64,000 bases of DNA from positions 3,708-67,707 of the forward strand of contig JANQES010000082.1 of the NCBI GenBank assembly GCA_028278205.1, read 5' to 3'. The notes under the pieces were generated by a model. It was not told where the DNA came from, searched no databases, and worked only from the letters and a program-made list of their open reading frames with translations. Both the position numbers and the translations under genes were made by a program. The DNA comes from Rhodothermales bacterium. GTDB lineage: Bacteria > Bacteroidota > Rhodothermia > Rhodothermales > Bin80. This document shows positions 17,480-26,890 of the stretch, in pieces (positions within the stretch are counted from its first letter, which is position 1; every line of letters begins with the position of its first letter).

Positions 17480-18226
17480 ATGGAACCGAAATTCGAGGTT
17501 GACCTTGATATCAATCAGTACTTTGACGGTGAAATAGAACAACAAATTACCGTCTTGGAAGACGTAAAGCCGAAATCATTATCAGCAGAATGCCCTCATT
17601 GTGGTGTCTATGCTGCAATGTCCTTAGATAGTGTAGTGACACGAGAACCTGGATGGAAATTTGATCTCATTTGCAGTTGTCCAAACTGCAGACAATCTCT
17701 TTTCGCGCAAGGAGAATACTCGGATTATGATCCTGATGAAGATTCAAAAGTATCGAGGGTGCTTGCGTTGTACCCGGAATTTCAGCCTGTCAATCTGCCA
17801 CCAGAAATTCCAGATAAGTATCGAGGTGACTACCGCGAAGCCATACTTATTAAAAAAATCAGCCCGAAGGCGAGCGCTGCTTTAAGCAGACGCATCTTAC
17901 AGAATATCATTCGGGAGGAATTTGGAATCAAACATCGCAGCCTTGCACAAGAAATCGACGATTTTATCAAGCTCCCCAACGTCCCATCGTACTTAAGCAG
18001 TGCCGTGGATGCTATTCGTAATATTGGCAACTTTGCCGCCCATCCGTTGAAAGATTCAAGAACAGGTGAGATAGTAGATGTTGAACCGGGTGAAGCCGAA
18101 TGGCTTATTGAGGTTCTTGATTCATTGTGTGATTTTGCTTTTGTCCAACCTGAGAAGTTGAAAAAGAGAAAGGAAGCCCTCAATAACAAATTACAATCTA
18201 TGGGCAAGCCTCCCATGAAAAGTTAA
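17480..18226 (+). CDS. DUF4145-domain protein with N-terminal zinc-ribbon
   Basis: CPHCG...CSCPNCRQ zinc ribbon. C-terminus ASAALSRRILQNII...LAQEIDDF...AVDAIRNIGNFAAHP matches the DUF4145 pattern. ATG 17480 is preferred over GTG 17417. Confidence 0.7.
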   Translation: MEPKFEVDLDINQYFDGEIEQQITVLEDVKPKSLSAECPHCGVYAAMSLDSVVTREPGWKFDLICSCPNCRQSLFAQGEYSDYDPDEDSKVSRVLALYPEFQPVNLPPEIPDKYRGDYREAILIKKISPKASAALSRRILQNIIREEFGIKHRSLAQEIDDFIKLPNVPSYLSSAVDAIRNIGNFAAHPLKDSRTGEIVDVEPGEAEWLIEVLDSLCDFAFVQPEKLKKRKEALNNKLQSMGKPPMKS

Positions 18227-18231
18227 GACAA

Positions 18232-18261
18232 GAAAGGCACCCCCGGAAGAGGGTGCCTTTC
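18232..18261 (+). terminator. Terminator-like hairpin after the DUF4145 gene
   Basis: gaaaggcaccc ccggaaga gggtgcctttc, 6 nt after the stop codon. Confidence 0.65.
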
Positions 18262-18419
18262 TGCGACTGAGTCGGGCTGCCTAATATCATTAGGAAGCAG
18301 TGGTGTCCGCTTGCCCATGCGGTTTGGCTCGGTCAACGCCCCCGCCGAGGTTTGCTTCCCGGAGAAATGTTATTTTTTTGTCAAGAAGCCATTACCTCAA
18401 TATTTACTTTAGCCCCATT

Positions 18420-18454
18420 GGAGTTTTTAACTGCAAAATGCAGTTAAAAACTCC
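18420..18454. terminator. AT-rich perfect palindrome, probably a bidirectional terminator
   Basis: ggagtttttaactgca aaa tgcagttaaaaactcc, downstream of the minus-strand gene ending at 18495. Confidence 0.6.
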
Positions 18455-18494
18455 AAAATTATTTAAAAAATGAAAAACGTCAGTTTTGCATTTT

Positions 18495-19985
18495 TTAATC
18501 GACGATGGGGATGAGGAGCGAGAGTTGGTGCGTCCAGACGCGGGCGTCTTGGAGGGCCAGCGGGCCGGCAGGAGCCACGACGAAGCTAGACTCAGCAAAC
18601 GCCTGATCTCGCGCGAAACGCGGCCCGCCATCGATACCGGGCCGCCCGGTGCCCAGCGTGATCAGGCTCAGGTAGCGAAGCTGGAAGCCCGTGAAGTTAT
18701 AGCCCATGCCGAGGCTGAGCGTCCACTCGCCCCAGCTTTCGTCGAGTTTGCGCTTAAACTGCCGGACGAAGTCTTCCTGATCGAGGTGATAGCGGTACAG
18801 GTGCAGGCCGAGGCCGAGACCGAAGTCGAAGCGGTCGCCGGCCTGGCGGACGCCGAGGCGGAAGATGCTGTTGTCAAATTCGAAGAAGTTTTCGACGGTC
18901 ATCTCGCCGGCCCGAATGACGTTGTCTTCCGGTTGCGCAAACCCTCCGATGGGTGTGTCTTCGGCGGCGTCGGCCCAGGTGTGGCTCCAGATGGGTTCGT
19001 AGATCAGATCGAAGCCGTAGGTGGTCTGCCCGATGGTGCGCGAGAGCCCGACGCCGATGTTGTAAGCCGACGTATTGCCGGGGTCACGGGGGATCTGCAT
19101 CAGGTCGTAGTTGGGAATTTTGGGATGGTTTTTCCAATCGCCCACGAGGCGCACGCCGAGGCGCCAGCCGCCGGCCAGGGGTTGCTGGAAGCCGGCCAGC
19201 ACGGCCCACCCGTTGGTCTCGTCCTGTTCGAGGCGCGTCACCAGGATAGGGGGGCCGCCTTCCCGTGGGAGCCCCCATGTCCTCTCATGATCCATCTGGA
19301 AGCGATGATGCTGCACGGTCAGTTCGGCGGAGCGCCCGTCGTCCCATTGATTATAGAAGCCGAGACGGAATGAACTCATCGTGCCGTTTTGCTCGAAGAG
19401 ATCACCGTCGGAGTAGAGCAGGCGCACGCCTTCGAGGCCGTCGAGGCTGGCGGCGAAGACGCTCAGGCCCACCGACAGGTTGGTGCCCGGCAGTTGGGCG
19501 CCGCCCATGGCAAAAGCGTAGACGTTGTTACGCGTAGTCGAGCTTTGTTCGTGCGAGACGGTGTTTTCCGTGAAGGCTTGCTCGGCGAAGAAGCAACACC
19601 CGTCGCCAGTTTCCTTGCTCATCTCTTGCCAGGCCATCACGGCCCCGCCGAAGAGCGTGCCCTGGCGCAAGAGCATCCCCACGGGCAACGTGCGCGTCGA
19701 ACTGGCATCGTCGAGGAAATCGTCGCGCATCGAGACGCCGTAATAGGCGGGCGAGCTGGCAAAACGAACGCCCTGAATGTTGATGCCTTTAGCCGGGTTG
19801 ACGAAGGCATCGTAGAGCGGATCGTCGAGGGCGATGGAGACACCGCCCATGCTCATGTTTTGGGAGGGAAAGATCATAAACTGGTTGCCCGTAGCCACCG
19901 GGATGGTCTTGACGGGAATCTGCTGCGCCGCTGCCGTCAGCGGCATCACGACGAGCAACCACAGCGTGACGAGCCATTTTTTCAT
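18495..19985 (-). CDS. Hypothetical secreted protein, possibly an outer-membrane beta-barrel
   Basis: GGAGGT RBS. Signal peptide MKKWLVTLWLLVVMPLTAAAQQ. Alternating beta-strand-like, aromatic- and Gly-rich composition. No family recognised. Confidence 0.7.
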   Translation of the reverse strand: MKKWLVTLWLLVVMPLTAAAQQIPVKTIPVATGNQFMIFPSQNMSMGGVSIALDDPLYDAFVNPAKGINIQGVRFASSPAYYGVSMRDDFLDDASSTRTLPVGMLLRQGTLFGGAVMAWQEMSKETGDGCCFFAEQAFTENTVSHEQSSTTRNNVYAFAMGGAQLPGTNLSVGLSVFAASLDGLEGVRLLYSDGDLFEQNGTMSSFRLGFYNQWDDGRSAELTVQHHRFQMDHERTWGLPREGGPPILVTRLEQDETNGWAVLAGFQQPLAGGWRLGVRLVGDWKNHPKIPNYDLMQIPRDPGNTSAYNIGVGLSRTIGQTTYGFDLIYEPIWSHTWADAAEDTPIGGFAQPEDNVIRAGEMTVENFFEFDNSIFRLGVRQAGDRFDFGLGLGLHLYRYHLDQEDFVRQFKRKLDESWGEWTLSLGMGYNFTGFQLRYLSLITLGTGRPGIDGGPRFARDQAFAESSFVVAPAGPLALQDARVWTHQLSLLIPIVD

Positions 19986-20083
19986 AACACCTACCTCCGC
20001 GCGCTTGAAGAGAGGGACCCTTCTTTTCAATACCCCGCCTCGTTCAGCGAGACCCAAGGGAACAAGAAACCGGGCATCGTCTT

Positions 20084-21514
20084 TTGCCCTTCATGATTAC
20101 CGGAAAAACATTGATCAAAAAGGGATGGCCGGCTGGACCGGTCATCGGCGAGGCGCTGCGGCTGGCCAAGGTCTTGAAGGCAAACGGCCAGTCCAAGAAA
20201 GCCATCCTCGCCGCCCTCGAACGCGTCCGCACTGCACCCGACAGCTACACGAAGGACGACCCCGGCTATGCCCTGGCGCAGGCCGTGATTGCCCTGCGAG
20301 CGCCGGAGCCGGTGCCGGTACGCGCCGAACCACTCTACGCGCCCATCTGGGGTGAGGAGATCATCGATCCGCAAGCCATCGAGCAGCTTCACAACGCCAT
20401 GCGGCTGCCCGTCACCGTCAGCGGCGCGCTCATGCCCGACGCCCACGTCGGCTACGGCATCCCCATCGGCGGTGTCGTGGCGCTCGAAAACGCCGTGGCG
20501 CCCTACATGGTCGGGGTGGATATCGCCTGTAGAGTCATGATGAGCATCTACCCGGCGAACTCGACGGTGATGCTGGAAAACGCGTCGAAGAAAGACAAGG
20601 TGCGCAAGGTGATGCGCGAGGAGACGCGCTTCGGCCTCGGCGCCAGGTTCGGCCCCTACGAACGCCGACAGCACGCCGTGCTCGACGATCCGGACTGGGA
20701 GGCCACGCGCCTGCTCAAACATTTGAAGGACAAAGCCTACGCGCAGCTAGGCACCAGCGGCACCGGCAACCACTTCGTCGATTCCGGCCTGCTCCACGTG
20801 GAGGCCGACGGCGCAGGCTACCTCGGCATCGAGCCGGGCACGTACTTCGCCATCATGACGCACTCCGGAAGCCGAGGCCCCGGCGCCAACATCGCCAACC
20901 ATTATTCGCGCCTGGCGCAGGATCAGTCCACCCTGCCGAAGAAGCTCCGGCACCTGGCCTGGCTCTCGCTCGACACCGAGGCGGGGCAGGAGTATTGGAT
21001 CAGCATGAATCTGGCCGGGCGTTTTGCCTCGGCGTGTCATCACACCATCCATCGCGCCTTGACCAAGCGCCTCGGCCTCAAGCCGGTGCTTCAGGTGGAG
21101 AACCATCATAACTTTGCGTTCAAAGAGATCTGGCAAGGCAAGGAGGTATACATCCACCGCAAGGGCGCGACGCCGGCGCATGAGGGCGTGCTGGGTATCA
21201 TCCCCGGCTCGCAGGGGCATAACTCGTTCATCGTGCGCGGTCTGGGCAATGAGGCGTCGCTCAACAGCGCCAGCCACGGCGCCGGGCGACAGATGAGCCG
21301 CAAATACGCCATCCAGACCATCCCCAAAAAACAACGCGACGCCTGGCTCAAAGAACGCGGCGTCGAGTTGATGGCCGGCGGCATGGACGAGTCGCCGCAG
21401 GCTTACAAAGACATCAACGAGGTCATGGCGCTGCAATCCGACCTCGTCGTGCCGGTGGCCACCTTCGAACCCCGCCTCGTGCTCATGGCCGACGACGGCA
21501 AGACGGAAGGGTGA
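20084..21514 (+). CDS. rtcB: RtcB-family RNA 3'-phosphate ligase with a ~100-aa N-terminal extension
   Basis: Motifs MPDAHVGYGIPIGG, GVDIACRV, GTSGTGNHF, HSGSRGPG, ENHHNF, HRKGAT, IIPGSQG and SHGAGR are all present. Confidence 0.92.
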   Translation: MPFMITGKTLIKKGWPAGPVIGEALRLAKVLKANGQSKKAILAALERVRTAPDSYTKDDPGYALAQAVIALRAPEPVPVRAEPLYAPIWGEEIIDPQAIEQLHNAMRLPVTVSGALMPDAHVGYGIPIGGVVALENAVAPYMVGVDIACRVMMSIYPANSTVMLENASKKDKVRKVMREETRFGLGARFGPYERRQHAVLDDPDWEATRLLKHLKDKAYAQLGTSGTGNHFVDSGLLHVEADGAGYLGIEPGTYFAIMTHSGSRGPGANIANHYSRLAQDQSTLPKKLRHLAWLSLDTEAGQEYWISMNLAGRFASACHHTIHRALTKRLGLKPVLQVENHHNFAFKEIWQGKEVYIHRKGATPAHEGVLGIIPGSQGHNSFIVRGLGNEASLNSASHGAGRQMSRKYAIQTIPKKQRDAWLKERGVELMAGGMDESPQAYKDINEVMALQSDLVVPVATFEPRLVLMADDGKTEG

Positions 21515-21532
21515 TGAATAGATCGTATTCTG

Positions 21533-22081
21533 ATGAATAAAAAACTCATCCGCACCAGTAAATTCCTGAGCTTCGTCCTGCGGCACAAACCCGATGAGGT
21601 GGGCCTGACGCTGGAAACCGGCGGCTGGGTGCATGTCGATGCCTTGATTGCGGCGGCGAACCGGGCAGGCGTGAACCTCGACCACGCATTGCTCCGGGAG
21701 GTCGTGGCGACGAACGACAAGAAGCGGTTTGCCTTCAGCGAAGACGGGCTGCGCATCCGCGCCAATCAGGGCCATTCGGTGCCCATCGACCTGGGGCTCG
21801 AACCCGTCGTCCCGCCCGACGTGCTGTTTCACGGCACGGCAGCGCGCTTTTTGGACTCGATCCGCCGGCACGGTTTGCAGCGTCGCAATCGTCATCACGT
21901 TCACCTGTCGCCCGATGCGCAGACGGCCACGGCTGTCGGCAAGCGGCACGGCAAGCCGGTGGTGCTGGCGGTCACAGCGCGGCGCATGCACGACGCAGGC
22001 TTCCCTTTTTATCGATCCCAAAACAACGTCTGGCTGACCGAGCACGTAGCGCCGGCCTACCTGATCTTCCCTGGTGAATGA
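21533..22081 (+). CDS. kptA: RNA 2'-phosphotransferase, Tpt1/KptA family
   Basis: 182 aa. SKFLSFVLRHKPDEVGL...GGWVHVDAL, RIRANQGHS, LFHGT and HVHLS cover the catalytic R-H-R-R context. Confidence 0.9.
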   Translation: MNKKLIRTSKFLSFVLRHKPDEVGLTLETGGWVHVDALIAAANRAGVNLDHALLREVVATNDKKRFAFSEDGLRIRANQGHSVPIDLGLEPVVPPDVLFHGTAARFLDSIRRHGLQRRNRHHVHLSPDAQTATAVGKRHGKPVVLAVTARRMHDAGFPFYRSQNNVWLTEHVAPAYLIFPGE

Positions 22082-22139
22082 TTGTCACAACGTTAAAGGT
22101 TGGTTCTTGAAAACGTTGAACCTTGAACTCCACAAATAG

Positions 22140-23042
22140 ATGACCGACGTTCGCAAACTCATCGGGAAGCTGGCGGCGCAGGAGGCGCGGCTTCAGCAGA
22201 CCACGTTTCTGGCGCCTTGCGTGCGCGGCGGCTCGGTGAAGACGCGCATCGACGGGATGGTCTACACGTTCGCGCAGGAGCCGCCGGACGCCGAAGGCTG
22301 GGGCCTGTTTCATCCTCTCGACGTGGAACGGGCGGAGTGGGTCGAAGAGGCCGGGCTGATGCAGGTCGAGGCGTATCTGAAACTCTTCCCCGCGTTTCGG
22401 GTGCGGCTGGCGTTTCGGATGCAGCATCGGACGTGGCTGGCGTATCCGGCCAATGAATCGGATGCGCGCCAGCGTCTGGGGCAGGCGCATCCCGTCGTCG
22501 TGCATCTGGTAGAACACGGCGCGGCCCTGGAGCAAATCGTGGCCCGGTGGGACGGCGCGGCGTGGTGGTTCGAAGCCGAAGACCGGCGCGCCGATCCGCG
22601 TTTCGCCGACGCCCTCCGGCAGGCGCTCAGGCAGGAGGAGGAGCCTGAGACTCTCCATCTCAGCGGCCTCACGCCGGAGATGCGCGCGGCCTACAGCCTC
22701 GCCTTCAGCCGCACCGACGCCGGGCGCGCGCGCCGGCAACAACGCATCGAGGCCGAGCGCGCCCACCGGCAGGCCGAACGCGCCCACCGCCGGCAGCAAC
22801 GCGACGAAGCGCGGCTCGGCGAGGCGCTGGCCTTTGCCGGCGGCCGGCTTCGGGATTTCCAGGATCGGGACGACTACTGGCTCGTCGAATGGCTGACGCA
22901 AGACGGGCAGCGGCATCAGTCGGCCATCAACAAACAGGATCTGACGGTCATCAGCGCCGGCATCTGCCTGGCGGGTCAAGATGAGGATTTCGACCTCCAA
23001 TCCCTCGTCAGCGTCATGACGCAACGGCCGGATTGGATGTAA
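22140..23042 (+). CDS. Hypothetical protein (300 aa) with a central Arg/Gln/Glu-rich helix
   Basis: Co-directional between kptA and the ThiF-like gene, with good coding bias. No family recognised. Confidence 0.65.
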   Translation: MTDVRKLIGKLAAQEARLQQTTFLAPCVRGGSVKTRIDGMVYTFAQEPPDAEGWGLFHPLDVERAEWVEEAGLMQVEAYLKLFPAFRVRLAFRMQHRTWLAYPANESDARQRLGQAHPVVVHLVEHGAALEQIVARWDGAAWWFEAEDRRADPRFADALRQALRQEEEPETLHLSGLTPEMRAAYSLAFSRTDAGRARRQQRIEAERAHRQAERAHRRQQRDEARLGEALAFAGGRLRDFQDRDDYWLVEWLTQDGQRHQSAINKQDLTVISAGICLAGQDEDFDLQSLVSVMTQRPDWM

Positions 23043-23124
23043 ATTTGAGAAAGGGTGACAGGGAGAGCCAAAGCGTTGTCTCTGATCTCCAGGTCCCCTT
23101 TCTCCCTGTCACCCTTTCTCAAAA

Positions 23125-23760
23125 ATGTCCATCTTCTTCCACGAAAAGCTGCATCGCACCGACGAAGTCGTCGAGCGGATGCACGAGGCGGCGGTGACGA
23201 TCTGCGGGGCCGGAGCGCTCGGCGCCAACATCGCCGAGAGCCTGGCCCGCGCCGGGTTCCAACGGTTCACCCTCATCGACGACGACCGCGTCGAAGAACG
23301 CAACCTCTCGACGCAGCCCTACCAGCGCGGCGACATCGGCGCGATGAAAGCGAAGATGATGGCCAATATGCTCTACCGCGCCGTCGGCGCGCAGGTCGAG
23401 GCGCGAACGCAACGCCTCACCGATGCCACCGTGAATAAGCTCCTCGGCGGCAGCGCACTCGTCGTCGATGCCTTCGACAACAGCGCCTCGCGGCGGCTCG
23501 TCAAAACGTGGTGCGCCGAGACCGACACGCCTTGCCTGCACGCCGGCCTCGCCAGCGACTACGCCGAGATTATCTGGAACGATCACTACCGCGTCCCCTC
23601 CCCCGCTAACGACGACATCTGCGACTATCCCCTGGCGCGCAACCTCGTCACGCTGGCCGTGTCGGTGGCCTGCGAAGTGCTCATCGATTACGTGGCGACG
23701 GACGCCCGGCGCAGCTACACCGTCACACTGGCCGATCTGGCGGTGCGGCCGTTTGTCTAG
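23125..23760 (+). CDS. Minimal ThiF/MoeB/E1-like adenylyltransferase-fold protein (211 aa)
   Basis: Rossmann motif ICGAGALGANIAESLARAG, then LIDDDRVEERNLSTQ and VVDAFDN. No cysteine-containing crossover or rhodanese region. Confidence 0.8.
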   Translation: MSIFFHEKLHRTDEVVERMHEAAVTICGAGALGANIAESLARAGFQRFTLIDDDRVEERNLSTQPYQRGDIGAMKAKMMANMLYRAVGAQVEARTQRLTDATVNKLLGGSALVVDAFDNSASRRLVKTWCAETDTPCLHAGLASDYAEIIWNDHYRVPSPANDDICDYPLARNLVTLAVSVACEVLIDYVATDARRSYTVTLADLAVRPFV

Positions 23761-23763
23761 ACA

Positions 23764-24174
23764 TCATGCCTGCATCGCTTTCGCTTCTACAGCCCACGGC
23801 GGGGCTTCGTAGTCCGTCACGTTCAACGCCAGACGCCACAACGCAAAAGAGCGCTTCGTTAAGAATCGAAACCCGTGTCGTTGTACCCAGGCGGCCACCT
23901 CATCTTCGCCGTACGTGGCAAAGAGCCAGCGAAGTTGCGCCCACGTGCCCCGTTCCAGGATGCGCTCGATGATCACCCCCCGATGCTATGCCCCCTCGAT
24001 AGCCGCAGCATCATATTCCGGAAATAGCCACGCTGCATCGGCGGGCAGGCTATCGGCATCAGGTATTTCTACCGCGTCTTTGTTCATGACTTTTACAGGC
24101 GGAAAAACGCTAACTGTGTGCCGGGCTACCGTTGTGTGTCTAACCCACCTGCTGCTGATTCGTTCAAACACCAC
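23764..24174 (-). pseudogene. Small conserved-hypothetical gene interrupted by one in-frame TAG (23986-23988)
   Basis: ORFs 23986-24174 and 23764-23976 are in the same frame, 9 nt apart. Read-through gives ...WLFPEYDAAAIEGA*HRGVIIERILERGTWAQLRWLF... Confidence 0.5.
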
Positions 24175-24242
24175 GAGGAGGGCAGGATTACGGTCCTACC
24201 CTCCTTGGTCTGCCGCTCCTGGGAGGAAGCAACAACGGGGGC

Positions 24243-24728
24243 TTACTCGGGAAGCAACACCGTGTCGACGACGTGGATCACACCGTTCGAGGCGTCGATG
24301 TCTGCCTGAATCACATTGGCGTTACCCACACGCAGCCCAATCGGGGCACTCTGGCCGTTGACCGTCGGCGCCGACGTCGTCGAGAGCAAGTCCGACGACA
24401 TGATCTTACCGGAGACCACGTGGTAGGTCAGGATGGCGATCAACTGATCTTTGTTCTCGGGCTTGAGCAGGGTCTCGACCGTGCCTTCGGGCAGTTTGGC
24501 GAAGGCTTCGTCGGTGGGCGCAAAGACCGTGAACGGCCCGTCGCTCTTGAGCGTCTCGACCAACCCGGCGGCCTGGAGCGCAGCGGCGAGCGTGTTGAAC
24601 GAGCCGGCCTTGACGGCCACGTCGACGATGTCGTCTTCGGGGTTGGTGGTTTGGTTGGGGGCGAAGCTGAAAGCAGCGGTGGAGAAGATCAACGCGAGCA
24701 CGAGGGTGCTCTTGACGATAGTTTTCAT
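24243..24728 (-). CDS. Fasciclin (FAS1) domain secreted protein
   Basis: GGAGG RBS, signal peptide, and FAS1 motifs ([29 protein letters not shown]). Confidence 0.9.
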   Translation of the reverse strand: MKTIVKSTLVLALIFSTAAFSFAPNQTTNPEDDIVDVAVKAGSFNTLAAALQAAGLVETLKSDGPFTVFAPTDEAFAKLPEGTVETLLKPENKDQLIAILTYHVVSGKIMSSDLLSTTSAPTVNGQSAPIGLRVGNANVIQADIDASNGVIHVVDTVLLPE

Positions 24729-24898
24729 AGGGATGGCCTCCATAGGCGAAGGTTTATGTGAAGAGCGCGAGGGGGAGCGCCTTGTTGTGATGGTGGCAGG
24801 ATACGAGCAGAAACGACGCGAAGACAGGCGTTTTCGAACAGTGGCTGCAGCGGTGCGACGAGCGGCCTCTCGGTGCGATGAGCGGCAAAAAAGAATGG

Positions 24899-26038
24899 TC
24901 AGCGTCCAGGCTGTGTACCGCCAAAAGCCGGCGTCAGGACCATCATCACCAGGAACAAGATCCAGACGAAGCCCAGCGCCAGGTGAAGGGTTTGCCAATC
25001 GGCGAGAAAGCCAATGATAGGGGGGCCGAAGAGAAAGCCGCTGTATCCGACGGTCGTGACCATACTGATGCCCACGCCGGGCGCAATGCCCGGTGTGTTG
25101 CCGGCGGTGCTGTAGGCAATGGGGACGATGGTTGCCAGGCCAAGACCCACCACGAAGAAACCGGCTATAATAATAAGGGGCTGCACCCAGACCAGCGCCA
25201 CACTCATCCCGACGAGCGCAAGGGCGCTGCTGTAGACAAGGATTCGCCGATCGCCCCACCGGGCGCGCCCCCTATCCCCGAAGAGCCGTCCGGTCGTCAT
25301 GGCGAGCGAAAAGGCCGCTAAGCCGAGCGGCGCCACGGCTTTGCCGGCGCCTGCCGTACGTTCCAGGTAATTCGTGCTCCAGTCTGCCATGGCCCCTTCG
25401 CCGAGCATACAACAAAACGCGATCAAGCCGACGCCGACCAGGGCGCGGTTGGGCAGGCGAAAAGCGCCGCCCTCCCGATCCGGCTCGCGAAGCGGATCCG
25501 GAAGGAGCTTTCGACCGCCCCACACCGCCAGCAAGAAGGTCAACCCCGTAACGATCAGCAGGTGGGGCATCAGGGCCATATCGAACTGGGTAAAGAGCGC
25601 GCCACTGCCGGCCCCAAGCATCATCCCGGCGCTAAAAACGGCGTGAAATGAAGCCATGATCGGACGCCGGTACGCCTGTTCGACGAGGACGGCCTGGGCA
25701 TTCATCGCAACGTCCAGGATGCCGGTAGAAGCGCCCATCCCGAAGAAGACAAGACCCAGCACGACGACGCCGGGCGCCAGCGGAATCAATGCCACCCAGA
25801 CCAGAAAAAGCAGCGCGGCCAGCGCGGTAACCCTGTCGCTGCCGGTACGAACAATGAGCCACCCGGTGAACGGCATCGCCAGTAAAGCCCCGACGGAAGC
25901 CACCAAAAGAATCAAACCGGTATCGCCGTTGTCCAGCCCATACAACTCCTGGATCCGCGGCAAGCGCGCCACCCAACTGGCATAGATAAAGCCATTAACA
26001 AAAAACATGGCGTTAACCGCCAACCGATGGATCCGCAT
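24899..26038 (-). CDS. MFS transporter
   Basis: 379 aa from ATG 26038. About 12 TM segments in a two-fold repeat organisation. Confidence 0.85.
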   Translation of the reverse strand: MRIHRLAVNAMFFVNGFIYASWVARLPRIQELYGLDNGDTGLILLVASVGALLAMPFTGWLIVRTGSDRVTALAALLFLVWVALIPLAPGVVVLGLVFFGMGASTGILDVAMNAQAVLVEQAYRRPIMASFHAVFSAGMMLGAGSGALFTQFDMALMPHLLIVTGLTFLLAVWGGRKLLPDPLREPDREGGAFRLPNRALVGVGLIAFCCMLGEGAMADWSTNYLERTAGAGKAVAPLGLAAFSLAMTTGRLFGDRGRARWGDRRILVYSSALALVGMSVALVWVQPLIIIAGFFVVGLGLATIVPIAYSTAGNTPGIAPGVGISMVTTVGYSGFLFGPPIIGFLADWQTLHLALGFVWILFLVMMVLTPAFGGTQPGR

Positions 26039-26099
26039 TTTAGATTTTGGATTGCCCGGAAATAAACAATCCAAAATCCAAAATCTAAAATCCAAAATC
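26038..26099. mobile_element. Core-less copy of the heptamer element (two TIR arms forming a hairpin)
   Basis: tttagattttggattg cccggaaataaa caatccaaaatccaaaatctaaaatccaaaatc. It occupies the entire gap between the RR stop and the MFS start. Confidence 0.7.
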
Positions 26100-26890
26100 T
26101 ACTTGCTTCCGACGACCTGTTCGAGGCGGTTCCAGTAGCGGCGGCTCAGGCGCAGTTCGGTGTTGTCTTTCAGGTAGACGATGTAGTCGCCGTGGAAATA
26201 CGGGCGTAGCTCTTTGATGCGTTCGACGTTGACGATGGTCGAGCGATGGATGCGCACGAAGCGTTTGGCGTCGAGCCTGGTCTCCATGCCGCTCATCGAT
26301 TCGCGCAAGAGATGGCTTTTCTTGCCCACGTGCAGCGACACGTAGTCGCCGGCGGCTTCGATCCAATCGATGTCTTCGGTTTTGACGAAAAACAGCGCGT
26401 CGCGCTCTTTGATCATGATGCGTTCGAGCGGGGCAGACGGTTCCGGCGCCGGGGCGGCCTCGCGCTCGGCGCGGCGTTCTTCGACGAGGGCCATCAACTC
26501 GGTGCTGAGCGCGCCGATCTGTTTTTGCTTGATCTGCTTGACGGCGCGGTCGAGGGCCTTTTCGAAGCGGTCGTCGTCGTAGGGTTTGAGCAGATAGTCG
26601 AGGGCGTGGGCGTCGAAGGCTTGCAGGGCGTACTGGTCGTAGGCCGTCGCAAAGATGACCACGGGCATCTTTTCGGGACCGACCGCCTCGACGACGTCGA
26701 AGCCGTTCTTGCCGGGCATCTGGATGTCCAGAAAAACCAGATCCGGCGTGTTGGCCTGAATCGCCTCGACGGCCTCATCCCCATCCTTGCATTCTCCCAC
26801 GACGACAAATTGCGGATTGTCTTCGAGCAACAGACGGATGGTGTCTCGCGCCAGCGGTTCGTCATCAACAATTAAAACCCGGATCGGCAT
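26099..26890 (-). CDS. LytTR-family response regulator (paralog of 1363-2136)
   Basis: 263 aa with REC + LytTR domains. Colinear similarity to the first RR (IDWIEAAGDYVSLH...RIHRSTIVN). Confidence 0.92.
   Translation of the reverse strand: MPIRVLIVDDEPLARDTIRLLLEDNPQFVVVGECKDGDEAVEAIQANTPDLVFLDIQMPGKNGFDVVEAVGPEKMPVVIFATAYDQYALQAFDAHALDYLLKPYDDDRFEKALDRAVKQIKQKQIGALSTELMALVEERRAEREAAPAPEPSAPLERIMIKERDALFFVKTEDIDWIEAAGDYVSLHVGKKSHLLRESMSGMETRLDAKRFVRIHRSTIVNVERIKELRPYFHGDYIVYLKDNTELRLSRRYWNRLEQVVGSK

Noticed and set aside
24729-25259. N-terminal extension of ORF 24243-25259 (338 aa).
   Set aside because: The extension overlaps the MFS gene 3' end and is Arg/Gly-rich. A GGAGG RBS plus a signal peptide at ATG 24728 define a normal 161-aa fasciclin protein.
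26038-26099. Idea that the AATCCAAAATC heptamer arrays are LytTR binding sites.
   Set aside because: It is not adopted as the primary interpretation. Known LytTR sites are ~9-bp repeats with ~21-bp phasing, not a 7-bp period. Hairpins of the same architecture but unrelated words occur at many unrelated genes. It is kept only as an alternative to test.
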